DNA of 61,941 nt, filler included, from Eubacteriales bacterium (GCA_045636665.1; 6 parts of 6 records of this genome joined end to end with filler, not necessarily neighbours in it), one strand, 5' to 3'; positions 9,518 through 18,541 are shown, numbered from the whole stretch's first letter. Notes: generated by a model from the sequence alone, not told the origin. Numbers and translations are program-made.

Positions 9518-9841
9518 ATGGATTTTACCGAATATATCGACCCCGAGCTTTTCGTCACCGTACCGGTGCTTTACCTGCTCGGTGTGATGATTAAAAAAAG
9601 CAGCATCAACGACAAATTCATCCCGTTAATTCTCGGTATCGTCGGTATTCTGCTTGCGCTCAGCTATCAAACGGCATCCCTTTTGCCGTCAACCGCTTCG
9701 GAAATCGCCTCGCTGATATTCGCAAGCGTAACGCAGGGAATACTTTGCGCTTCGTGCAGTGTGTATGCAAACAATTTGTTAAAGCAGCTCGGGAAAGGAA
9801 ACGGAAATGCTTCTTTTAAGGATAGCGAAAAAGGCGATTAA
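9518..9841 (+). CDS. Phage holin (Hol44/superfamily V-like)
   Basis: PELFVTVPVLYLLG..IK, DKFIPLILG, TQGILCA..SVYANNLLKQ; three hydrophobic segments; AGGAGG RBS. Confidence 0.85.
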   Translation: MDFTEYIDPELFVTVPVLYLLGVMIKKSSINDKFIPLILGIVGILLALSYQTASLLPSTASEIASLIFASVTQGILCASCSVYANNLLKQLGKGNGNASFKDSEKGD

Positions 9842-9884
9842 ATTCTATGCCGATTGCCTTTACGCCCTGATTTACGAGCCTTAA

Positions 9885-10211
9885 ATGTCCTTTGAACTGT
9901 TAGCCGAGCTTCTGCCGATAATCCTTTCTTCCGCAGGTGTGACGGGATCGCTTTTCGCGGCAATAACGGTATACGCGATAAAAAAGGCGAAAAAGGATGC
10001 CGAACAAAAGCGTGAAGAACGGCTTAAGCTCGAAATATTGCGTCTTGAGGGCGATGAAAAGCTTTCTTCCCTCATATTCGCCCTAATACGCACACTCAAC
10101 GGCAACGGCGACTCTCACGAGCTTGACGAAGCAATCCGCGCATACACCGAGCACATAAATAAATCCAACGCGCTGAAAAATCTTATCATCACAAATCACA
10201 CGGCAAATTAG
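9885..10211 (+). CDS. Single-TM coiled-coil protein of the type found in phage lysis modules
   Basis: N-terminal hydrophobic helix, KKAKKDAEQKREER, then NGD..ELDEA; adjacent to holin. Confidence 0.55.
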   Translation: MSFELLAELLPIILSSAGVTGSLFAAITVYAIKKAKKDAEQKREERLKLEILRLEGDEKLSSLIFALIRTLNGNGDSHELDEAIRAYTEHINKSNALKNLIITNHTAN

Positions 10212-10229
10212 CCCGATTTTTACTCACCT

Positions 10230-10298
10230 GCCTTTTAAAAGAATCGGGGGCCTTTTTAGTTATCAAACGGCTTAAAGGTCACCGATTCCTCAAAAGGC
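10230..10298. other. Long imperfect hairpin at the right end of the cassette
   Basis: Nested pairs GCCTTTT/AAAAGGC, GAATCGG/CCGATTC, GGCCTTT/AAAGGTC. Confidence 0.6.
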
Positions 10299-10325
10299 GC
10301 AATTAAAAAGCAATTAACTTTTGTC

Positions 10326-10354
10326 TTGCATTTTTTCAGTTTCCGTGGTATAAT
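10326..10354 (+). promoter_or_regulatory. Sigma-A promoter with extended -10
   Basis: TTGCAT-17-TATAAT with TG extension, then GGAGG RBS. Confidence 0.75.
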
Positions 10355-10384
10355 TGATAAAATTTCACCTATGGAGGTAAAAAA

Positions 10385-13300
10385 ATGAAAAAATGGTTTA
10401 AATCAACGCTTGCTTTATTGCTTGCTCTCACCATGCTTTTGGGCGTTCTTGCGTCCTGCAACGATGAAAGCACCGATAGCAGCGAAACCGAATCGGGCGC
10501 AGAAAGCTCGGCTTCTTCCGACGAATCCAAGTCCGAAACAAGCAAAGACGACGGCGCCGAGTTTATTAAAGGCGAACCTGTTAACAACCCCGAATATGCT
10601 ACCGTTGTAAGCGTAGGTCGTTCTTACAACTCCACCACCGAATCCAATACTCAATATCCCGATACTTACGGTATCGAGCTTACAGACGGTAAATACGGCC
10701 CTCCCGAAGGCAGTGACTATACCTCCGTTGATTTTAACGGATATTCAGGCTCTACCCCCATTATTTTGTCTATCGACCTCGGCGAACAATTCGATACCCT
10801 TTACGAATTTCGTCTTGGTTATCTTTCGACCAACAATGCAGGCGTAAAGGCACCCACGAAGGTTCGTGTCGGTGCATCGATCGACGGCAAAAAATATTAC
10901 ACCGTAGGCGACCTTGAAATCCCCGAATTTGTTGAAGGCAAGCGCCTTGAAGCAATCCTCAAGACCGAAAATTACGTCAAAGCGCGTTACATCCGCTTCT
11001 CTATCATCAAAGGCGGCTGGCTCTTCCTCGATGAAGCAGAGGTCATCGGTAACGTCGAAAAGGTTGCCGACTCCAGCGAAGTTATTCTTGAAAACCTCAA
11101 AGCGGCTTACGATAAGCTCGGCACCGTTAAATACGAGGGCGGCAAAGAGATCGATATGAACCTGCCTCTTTCGCTCATCAGCCAAAATAAGAGCTATACC
11201 GCTTCCGTTGAACCTGCCGCAGGCTTCCTCGATAAATCCAACTACCTCACCGACGGTCAGATTACCGGTATTCTCAGCGGCGGCAACTGGGTTGGCTATG
11301 ACGGAAACCAAAATCTCGAAATCGTCGTTGACCTCGGCTCCTCGAGAAGCGATATTTCGGACTTCCGTCTTACCTGCTATGCCACCAACACCGTCGGCAA
11401 CGGACTTCCCGTCGCAGTTACCTATTCGGTAAGTGAAGACGGCAAGACATATACCGAGGTCGGCAGAGTTTTCGGCCCCTCCGCAAGACAAAACACCTTT
11501 GATTACGGTCTTTCGCTCGTCAAATGTGCAAGCGGCAGATACGTTAAATTCGCTATAGAATCAACCGACACCGCAAGATATCTTATCGAAGAAGCGGCTG
11601 TTTACAACCGCGCACTCGGTCAGCTCGGTCACGAATCTTACCCCTATCCCACCTTTGACCTTGAACCCAAGGAATGGGATAACCCCTCCTCCAAGGAAAC
11701 CAACCTCGCTCTCGGTCTTCAGCAATGGGTTTACATCCCCGCCGATATCGATGTTGAGCTTAATAACACCACCCCTGCAGATACCACCATCCTTACCAAT
11801 GGCAAGAAGGGCCCCAACACCGATATACATAACGGCTGGTTCTTCAAGATTCACAGCTCCTCTTCTCCTCTTGAAATATTCTTTGACCTTGGCGCAACCA
11901 GCACGGTAAAGAGCGTCAACATTGAATTTATCAACCGCGAAGGCTGGGGCGTATTGCCTCCCGCATCTTACGACGTTTACGTTTCCGATGACGGCATTAA
12001 TTGGTACAGCGCAGGCACCTGCAAGCCCGAACCCAAAAACGAAAACTGTCTTGTAGACGCAACCCTTAAGTTGAAAAAGCCCGTTCAGGCACGTTACGTC
12101 AGCGTTTATATGATGACCAACGGTTGGGTTGGCTTCTCCGAGGTTGAAGTATTCGGCTGCACCTCCACAAAGGGCACCGCAACCATCGAGGGAGCTAAAT
12201 ATCCCAAGCGCGGCGAAGGCAATCTCGGCTATCTCGAGCCCAGCGAAGACCTCATCAAGGGCTACAAGGACGTTTGCTTGCTCTACCACCGCGTTGACAG
12301 ACCCGGCTACAACGAAAGCGAGCTCCTCCGTTACCTTGCATACGTTGACGAACAAGGCAATATCAAGGACACCCTTTTCGACAGCTTCCTCTTCCTGCAA
12401 AGCGGCGACCTTCCCTCGGGCAAGGCGAATAACAGCGCAATAACCAAAGCCGACCTTGATTGGATGCTCGATTCGATATTCTCGAAGGATATCAACCTCG
12501 GCGCTATGGAAAAGGTTGCGGCTCAAATCAAGTCCGAGCTCGGTCTTGACAAGGACTTCAAGTTCGGCGTAAGCATGACCATCTACAAGCCCTTCCTCGG
12601 CACCGATTACGGTGATTACGACGGCGACGGCAAATCCAACGTACTCAACACCGAAGCAGACAGAATCGCGGCTATCGACGCATATATGACCGAGGTTGAA
12701 AAGAGATTCGCAGAAGGCGGCTATGAACATCTCGAGCTTATCGGCTACTATTGGTACCGCGAAGGTATTTATCCCGAAGATGATAACGACATCGAGGTTA
12801 TCAAGGCAACCAGCAAGAAGAGCCACGAGCACGGCTATGATTTCTTCTGGATTCCGTGGTACAACGCTCCCGGCGTTGAATATTGGAAGGACTGCGATTT
12901 CGACGTTGCAGTAATGCAGCCCGGTTACGTATTCGACCTTGCAATTCCCGAAGGAAGACTTGAACAGGCGGCTAACTATATCCGTCAGTACGGTATGGGT
13001 ATCGAAATCGAAATCGGTTGGGCAAACCTCAACGACCCCGCACTCCGCGAAAGATATATCGAATATCTTATGGGCGGCGTTCAGTTCGGTTATATGAAGA
13101 ACTGTATCCATATGTACTACCAAGAAGTAACCGCTATCTATGCGGCTTCCGCTTCGACCGACCCCAAGGTAAGACAGCTTTACGATTACACCTATCAGTT
13201 CATCAAGGGTACGCTCCAAGCATATCCCGATGCACTTGAAACCGTTAAGGTAAGCGGAAAGGCTAACGAGCTTATCACGGGTAAGATTACCGAGGATGCT

Positions 13301-13480
13301 GTTGATTACATAATCAGCACCGTCCAAAGCCCCGAGCACGGTACTCTCTCCCTCTGTTCGGACGGTTCCTTCACCTACTACCCCGAAAAGGACTTCAAGG
13401 GCACCGTAACCTTCACCTACACCTTCAATGCAGGCCTCGGCGAATCCAAGCCCTGCACGATCGAAATTACGATTGAATAA
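10385..13480 (+). CDS. Lipoprotein with about three discoidin (F5/8C)-like modules, a DUF4855-like domain and a C-terminal Ig/cadherin-like domain
   Basis: Lipobox LASC; repeated LTDG...IDLG...S.DG..Y...ARY modules; DTLFDSFLFL, GYYWY, FWIPWY, MQPGY, GMGIEIE; HGTLSL..DGSFTY.P. Confidence 0.8.
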   Translation: MKKWFKSTLALLLALTMLLGVLASCNDESTDSSETESGAESSASSDESKSETSKDDGAEFIKGEPVNNPEYATVVSVGRSYNSTTESNTQYPDTYGIELTDGKYGPPEGSDYTSVDFNGYSGSTPIILSIDLGEQFDTLYEFRLGYLSTNNAGVKAPTKVRVGASIDGKKYYTVGDLEIPEFVEGKRLEAILKTENYVKARYIRFSIIKGGWLFLDEAEVIGNVEKVADSSEVILENLKAAYDKLGTVKYEGGKEIDMNLPLSLISQNKSYTASVEPAAGFLDKSNYLTDGQITGILSGGNWVGYDGNQNLEIVVDLGSSRSDISDFRLTCYATNTVGNGLPVAVTYSVSEDGKTYTEVGRVFGPSARQNTFDYGLSLVKCASGRYVKFAIESTDTARYLIEEAAVYNRALGQLGHESYPYPTFDLEPKEWDNPSSKETNLALGLQQWVYIPADIDVELNNTTPADTTILTNGKKGPNTDIHNGWFFKIHSSSSPLEIFFDLGATSTVKSVNIEFINREGWGVLPPASYDVYVSDDGINWYSAGTCKPEPKNENCLVDATLKLKKPVQARYVSVYMMTNGWVGFSEVEVFGCTSTKGTATIEGAKYPKRGEGNLGYLEPSEDLIKGYKDVCLLYHRVDRPGYNESELLRYLAYVDEQGNIKDTLFDSFLFLQSGDLPSGKANNSAITKADLDWMLDSIFSKDINLGAMEKVAAQIKSELGLDKDFKFGVSMTIYKPFLGTDYGDYDGDGKSNVLNTEADRIAAIDAYMTEVEKRFAEGGYEHLELIGYYWYREGIYPEDDNDIEVIKATSKKSHEHGYDFFWIPWYNAPGVEYWKDCDFDVAVMQPGYVFDLAIPEGRLEQAANYIRQYGMGIEIEIGWANLNDPALRERYIEYLMGGVQFGYMKNCIHMYYQEVTAIYAASASTDPKVRQLYDYTYQFIKGTLQAYPDALETVKVSGKANELITGKITEDAVDYIISTVQSPEHGTLSLCSDGSFTYYPEKDFKGTVTFTYTFNAGLGESKPCTIEITIE

Positions 13481-13483
13481 ACC

Positions 13484-13517
13484 GAAAGGACAGAGATTTT
13501 TCTCTGTCCTTTTTTCT
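13484..13517 (+). terminator. Intrinsic terminator
   Basis: AAAGGACAGAGA-ttt-TCTCTGTCCTTT followed by Ts. Confidence 0.8.
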
Positions 13518-13665
13518 ATCTATGACCGTAACAGTCAAGAAAACTTCTCTTTAAATCCTACCAAAATAATGCCCCTCATCCGTCACCTTCGGTGCCACCT
13601 TCCCCCAAAGGGGAAGGCAATTAAGACCGTCACGCATACAGAGATTTTTCTCTGTCCTTTTTTCT
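13490..13665. repeat. 28-bp exact direct repeat (13490-13517, 13638-13665) enclosing a two-hairpin element (13571-13618)
   Basis: ACAGAGATTTTTCTCTGTCCTTTTTTCT twice; inside are CACC-TTC-GGTG and CCTTCCCC-CAAA-GGGGAAGG. Confidence 0.85.
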
Positions 13666-13693
13666 TGCAATTTGCGTTTTAATATGATATAAT
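13665..13693 (+). promoter_or_regulatory. Sigma-A promoter
   Basis: TTGCAA-17-TATAAT with TG extension; AAGGAG RBS. Confidence 0.7.
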
Positions 13694-13719
13694 ATCCAAA
13701 AATTAAAAAGGAGATAACG

Positions 13720-14724
13720 ATGAAAAGATTTATCGCGTTCATTCTTACTATGTTATTTTTAACAGTTCCGCTCACCGCAAGCGCAAAGGGCGACATTAAC
13801 GAGGTCGCTACCTTCAACACCTACAAAAACGACAACACCGTACTCCCCTACCGCCTTATCCTCCCCGATAATTACGACGACAACAAAACCTATCCCCTTA
13901 TTTTCTTCTTCCACGGCGCAGGCGAACGCGGTAACGACAACAAGCTTCAATTCTTCCACCTCGTTCAGTATATCTATGACAACGCACCCGAGGATTGCAT
14001 TATCGTTGCGCCTCAATGCCCCGTTAACAACCAATGGGTTGATACCCCTTGGATAAGCGGCGCATATTCCACCGATACCGTCAAGGAATCCAACGAAATG
14101 GCAGCAGTTATGGAGCTCCTCGACAACCTTGAAGCAAAATACAGCGTTGACGAAGACAGAATCTATGCAATCGGTCTTTCGATGGGCGGCTTCGCTACTT
14201 GGGACATCATCACCCGCCACAACGACGTTATCGCGGCGGCAATTCCCATCTGCGGCGGCGGCGACCCGAGCAAAGCAGAGCTTCTTAAGGAAACCCCCAT
14301 CTTCACCTTCCACGCAGTAAACGATACCTCTGTTCCCTACCAAGGCACAAAGCAAACCGTTGACGCTATCAAGGCAGTCGGCGGCACCAAGATTGAATAT
14401 ACCCAATATACCACCGGCGGCCACGGCATTTGGAATCAAGCTATCCAAACCAAGGGACTTCTCGAAAAGCTCTTCAATTGCAAGCTTTCCGACCGTTATC
14501 CCGATGAAACAAGCACCGATGTATCCGAAACCGTTTCCGACGTAAGCACCGAAAACGGCACTGACGCATCGACCGACGCTTCCGCCGAAATTTCCCAACC
14601 CACCACCGAAGAAACCGAAGGCGGATTCTGGAATGCAACAACCTTAACCTTGGCAATTTCTATCGGCATCGCCGCAATCATCACCGCACTTCTTTCGGTA
14701 TTCAAGAAAAAGAAAAAAGCATAA
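13720..14724 (+). CDS. Secreted, C-terminally anchored alpha/beta hydrolase (esterase/peptidase-like)
   Basis: Signal peptide; HGAGERG, GLSMGG nucleophile elbow, D..VP and GHGIW; S/T/E linker, TM helix and KKKKK tail. Confidence 0.85.
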   Translation: MKRFIAFILTMLFLTVPLTASAKGDINEVATFNTYKNDNTVLPYRLILPDNYDDNKTYPLIFFFHGAGERGNDNKLQFFHLVQYIYDNAPEDCIIVAPQCPVNNQWVDTPWISGAYSTDTVKESNEMAAVMELLDNLEAKYSVDEDRIYAIGLSMGGFATWDIITRHNDVIAAAIPICGGGDPSKAELLKETPIFTFHAVNDTSVPYQGTKQTVDAIKAVGGTKIEYTQYTTGGHGIWNQAIQTKGLLEKLFNCKLSDRYPDETSTDVSETVSDVSTENGTDASTDASAEISQPTTEETEGGFWNATTLTLAISIGIAAIITALLSVFKKKKKA

Positions 14725-14734
14725 AGGATAAATT

Positions 14735-15322
14735 ATGAGAAGAGAGATAGATATATACGACCCTATCGAGGATAAGCTTCCGCAAAAAGCTCAGTTAAAT
14801 CCCAAGCTCAAAAAAATACTTATCTATCTTCTTTGCGCGGTCATCGGCGTCGGCGTGGCATTCGGCATCATATTAATTGCCGACCTCGCCGTAACGGGCG
14901 CCTCAAGCCCTGCGGAAGCGGTCAAGGAGTATGAAACCGCCGCGCTTCTTTACGATATCGACGGTATGATTGAATATTCCTCGGAATATAACAAAGTTGT
15001 GCTTTACGACAACCGTACAACGAGCGACCGACTTTTGGAGGACTACCTTACAAAAGCCTATGAGGGCAGAGCGCCCAAGTACAGCGCGGATGAAATCAGC
15101 TTCCGCCTCATTTCCTCGCTCGAATACGAAAAAGGAAGCCGTAAATACGAAGAATCTCTCCGCAAATACGACGAAAAGATTGAAAACGGCTCGGAATCGA
15201 TCGATTCCGTGGCAATCGTCAAAATGAAGATGATCACCGGCAAGGACGAGCTCACAAAGGACTACCTCGCAGTGAATATCGACGGCAGATGGTTCTTCGC
15301 CTACGCAGGAGTTAAGCTATGA
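14735..15322 (+). CDS. Hypothetical membrane-anchored protein
   Basis: One N-terminal TM helix; RBS; overlaps the next gene. Confidence 0.7.
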   Translation: MRREIDIYDPIEDKLPQKAQLNPKLKKILIYLLCAVIGVGVAFGIILIADLAVTGASSPAEAVKEYETAALLYDIDGMIEYSSEYNKVVLYDNRTTSDRLLEDYLTKAYEGRAPKYSADEISFRLISSLEYEKGSRKYEESLRKYDEKIENGSESIDSVAIVKMKMITGKDELTKDYLAVNIDGRWFFAYAGVKL

Positions 15323-16854
15323 AAAACTTTGTTAAAGAAGAAAATAATCTTATCCTCAATTTCGAAAAGTGCGAATACCACGAAAACGGACAACCCTATG
15401 ATAACCGCTTTTACTACGGCGAAAAGAGGTTATCACTTACCGAAAAGCCCTATGTTGCCGAAATCGAATATTTCAAGCGCACAGGCGGTAGATATATTTA
15501 TTCTAACAACCCCGAAATGCTGGCAAGCGAGGATATCGGTCAGGCAATATTGCGAACAAAGGACCTTGAAGGCGACGTTAATTTCACCTATGAGCATTCG
15601 AACCATACGGGCGTACCCGTCTATTTCGGCTATCAGCTTTTAAACGAGGGCGAAACCGAAGTTACCGTTACGGTAACCAACCTCGGCTTCCAGCCCGACG
15701 GCGAATGGCTCGGTCAAAGGTCTTGGAGCGATTATTTCAATTACAGATTCGAGCTTCCGACCGATTATTTCAACGCTGACGGAAGCGTCAACCCAATCTA
15801 CGTCGGCTGCGACTATATCGATTATACCCCTATTCCCCGTGCACCGATAAGCTTTAAAATCCCGCCTCACGAATATATCTACGTGCTCGGCGGCACAAGC
15901 GAGGATGCCTATGGCAACGCAAACGTATTTTCCTCCGCCGACGTGCCGATACTCCCCGGAAAATGCTCTAACGCCGTTGTAAAGTTCAACGTTTCGGGCG
16001 GAAGCGTAACAGGTACGTTCTACGTCTATACCGATGCTTCTCAGGTTCGCGCAAACCCCAAAGAGCAGGGCTTTATTACAGAACGCTTCAATTCCCGCAC
16101 CGGCAAAATGACCGACTATTCCAAGCAATACAAGGGCGTCGACCCGACTGTCGGTGTTATCGAATCGAACATAACCCTCTTCGTCGATGACGAAACCGAA
16201 AACGGCAGACTTCCCGTTCGCTACACCAAATATTACGACCCCGATTTCGCTTCAAAAAACACCCCTTACGCGAAATACGAGCTTAAGGAAAAGATTATCG
16301 AATCGGATCATTGGGTGACAGCACTTAACCCCAACGGCGTCGATATGGCTATCGGCACCGATATGATGATATTTAGGTGCGTCGATACGAACGGAAACGA
16401 AATAGTTATCGATACCGAGCGTGCCGATTCAAGCGGCGAGCCTGCAAATATCGGCAACTGGATGGTTCAGTATACCGACAATTTCACGCTTGTAAACGCG
16501 GCAAGCGTCGATAAGACCTTCACCTTCTCAAAGCGCGGAAACAGCGGCGTGCTGTTCGTTATGACGCGTGAAGAAAACGGTAACGTCTTAGGCGCAAAAG
16601 CGCTCACAGGGCCTTATAACTTCCCAAGCCTTGACGCCTGCTTCGATGGCGTGGATAAATCGCTCCTCACCGAAAAGAACGGTCGTTGGTGGTTTAGAAT
16701 TGCCGACGGCAGACCGTTTTGCGACGTCGTCGACGAGCGCAGTGAGGTTATAAAAATAACCGTAAACGCAAAAAGCGTCGAGCGTATCAGTATCGACTAC
16801 GTAATACTCGGCAACTCCTGCGGCGGCACCACCCATTGGGTGACGGTTGAATAA
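15319..16854 (+). CDS. Hypothetical beta-rich protein (511 aa)
   Basis: Long ORF with host-like codon style; AGGAG RBS; no recognised family. Confidence 0.75.
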   Translation: MKNFVKEENNLILNFEKCEYHENGQPYDNRFYYGEKRLSLTEKPYVAEIEYFKRTGGRYIYSNNPEMLASEDIGQAILRTKDLEGDVNFTYEHSNHTGVPVYFGYQLLNEGETEVTVTVTNLGFQPDGEWLGQRSWSDYFNYRFELPTDYFNADGSVNPIYVGCDYIDYTPIPRAPISFKIPPHEYIYVLGGTSEDAYGNANVFSSADVPILPGKCSNAVVKFNVSGGSVTGTFYVYTDASQVRANPKEQGFITERFNSRTGKMTDYSKQYKGVDPTVGVIESNITLFVDDETENGRLPVRYTKYYDPDFASKNTPYAKYELKEKIIESDHWVTALNPNGVDMAIGTDMMIFRCVDTNGNEIVIDTERADSSGEPANIGNWMVQYTDNFTLVNAASVDKTFTFSKRGNSGVLFVMTREENGNVLGAKALTGPYNFPSLDACFDGVDKSLLTEKNGRWWFRIADGRPFCDVVDERSEVIKITVNAKSVERISIDYVILGNSCGGTTHWVTVE

Positions 16855-16859
16855 GAAAG

Positions 16860-17049
16860 CCCCAAAAACGCAAGCGTTTTCGGGGACCCCGAAGTCGCTG
16901 ACGCTCCTGACACAAAATGCAGACATTTCGGTCGTCTTTTGTGAGCGTCGTTCGCTCGCGCAGCATTTGTGCGCACCTGCGGCTTGTCCAAATGCTCGAC
17001 GCTCCAAGGTATAAAAATCCACGCGCATGTCGCGGATTTTTATGTGATT
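16860..17049. repeat. ~190-bp structured dispersed repeat, copy 1
   Basis: Aligns with 31809-31991; shares TTTTCGGGGACCCCGAAG and the exact 34-mer ATAAAAATCCACGCGCATGTCGCGGATTTTTATG. Confidence 0.85.
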
Positions 17050-17186
17050 TAAAAATATAATCGCTTTGTCAAGCGCCTTACGGGAAAACCCCTTTTGCAA
17101 AAGCGGTTTTCCCGTCCCCTTTCCCTAAAAACCTTTGTGGATTTAAAAACAATTCCCCCCGCTTGTCACATAAAAAGGATTAATTT

Positions 17187-17780
17187 ATGAAATCGAAAAA
17201 ATCGAATTACTTTTTCAGCATCTTTGTTATCGTTTCCACGATCGCGGCATTCGCGCTCTTCACGGTTTTGCTGAATATGCTCGAAAAACCGCTTACCGAG
17301 CCCTCCGACACCCCTACGGTAATTTATCTTAAAATACTCTATAATATCGCGCGTTGCACGCCCGTTCTTTTGATTTTAATTCCCTATCCCTATTTCGAAA
17401 AGGTCATATTCGACGAATACGGCGTTACCTTCAAGCGCTTTTTCAAAACCGTCGGCTTCTTCTCGTGGCACGAGATTGAAAGCGTTTCGGTCATCTATGG
17501 CGCCCCCTTTCGCTTTAAAGGTCAGGAGATTACGTTACCCTACGTTATCGCAATAACCAAAAACCACCGCACGATCCCCACCATTGCAAAACGAGGTTGC
17601 GTAACCAACCGCGATGAAAACGGCAAAAAATTGAAATTCAACCGCGATAAATCGCCTCTCGCGTGGATATTCGGTATCGGCGCTTCCTGCTCCGATCTGT
17701 TTGTCGAGCACGTCAAACGTTACCGCCCCGAGCTTTTAAAACAAAAAAACAAAAACCTTTCCTGCATCGGCTACGATTGA
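17187..17780 (+). CDS. Hypothetical membrane protein
   Basis: Two N-terminal TM segments and a soluble domain; AAAGGA RBS. Confidence 0.65.
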   Translation: MKSKKSNYFFSIFVIVSTIAAFALFTVLLNMLEKPLTEPSDTPTVIYLKILYNIARCTPVLLILIPYPYFEKVIFDEYGVTFKRFFKTVGFFSWHEIESVSVIYGAPFRFKGQEITLPYVIAITKNHRTIPTIAKRGCVTNRDENGKKLKFNRDKSPLAWIFGIGASCSDLFVEHVKRYRPELLKQKNKNLSCIGYD

Positions 17781-17831
17781 TTTTAAATCCCCCCCCACAA
17801 AAAAACAAAACGCCCACTCGGGCGTTTTTTG

Positions 17832-18392
17832 TTAGTCATTATATTCTTTGAATTCGTTTTCGATAGGACTTGCAAACTCGAAGCGTGTTACCTTTATGCC
17901 GAATAATTTCTCTAACTGTTCAAACGACATCTCGGTCGAGATAACGTGCGACACCTTTTCTGAGGACTGATATTCCTCAACGTAATTAATACAAGGCTTT
18001 CGATCAATTTCAACCGGATCTCCGAGATAATATCCGCCGTCGCCGTAAAAAAGCGTTACTCTCGACTCAGCGTTAATTCTCCCCTCGGTCAAAAGCGATT
18101 CGCTGTTTTTGGGAAACTCGATAAGTATGCACTTATCCTTATTTCCGCTTTTAAGCGTTTGATGCCAGGTGCGCGAGTAATCGATAAACGGAAAGCCGTT
18201 TGATTTGTCATAGCCGTCGAACGTGCAATAAACGGTATCTGAAATCAAATATTTTTCGCCGCCGAGCTCATATTCAAACACAAAAGGAAACTCCCCTTCG
18301 GTTATCAACGGCATATCCTCATATCCTTTTTCACAAGCAGAAAAAGTAAATAACGCAACAAAAATCGCAAATATCAAAGCAAGCTTTTTCAT
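17832..18392 (-). CDS. Hypothetical lipoprotein
   Basis: MKKLAL...FSAC lipobox; GGGGAG RBS. Confidence 0.75.
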   Translation of the reverse strand: MKKLALIFAIFVALFTFSACEKGYEDMPLITEGEFPFVFEYELGGEKYLISDTVYCTFDGYDKSNGFPFIDYSRTWHQTLKSGNKDKCILIEFPKNSESLLTEGRINAESRVTLFYGDGGYYLGDPVEIDRKPCINYVEEYQSSEKVSHVISTEMSFEQLEKLFGIKVTRFEFASPIENEFKEYND

Positions 18393-18541
18393 TACTCTCC
18401 CCCCGCGCGGCTTTCCGCGCTGTCAGACGTTATATGATAATTTGACGTTTTACGAGCGTTTCCAAGCGTCATAAAAAACGCAAGGCTTACGCGTTTTTAT
18501 TTTGTTTGCTTTTTGCAGTTTTAATTGAGGCGAGCACTTGT

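Larger units (their letters stand above)
1151..10211 (+). mobile_element. Minimal podovirus-like packaging/virion/holin cassette (GTA-like element or domesticated prophage)
   Basis: 11 co-oriented intact ORFs in canonical order: terS, terL, portal, scaffold, capsid, decoration?, adaptor, hub, ejection?, holins. Flanked directly by host genes; no integrase or replication genes. Confidence 0.8.

Noticed and set aside
11561..13339. 592-aa minus-strand ORF
   Set aside because: Antisense shadow of the DUF4855-like gene.
16588..17100. ORFs sharing IKIRDMRVDFY (16588-17100, 31779-31997)
   Set aside because: The similarity comes from translating the non-coding ~190-bp repeat.
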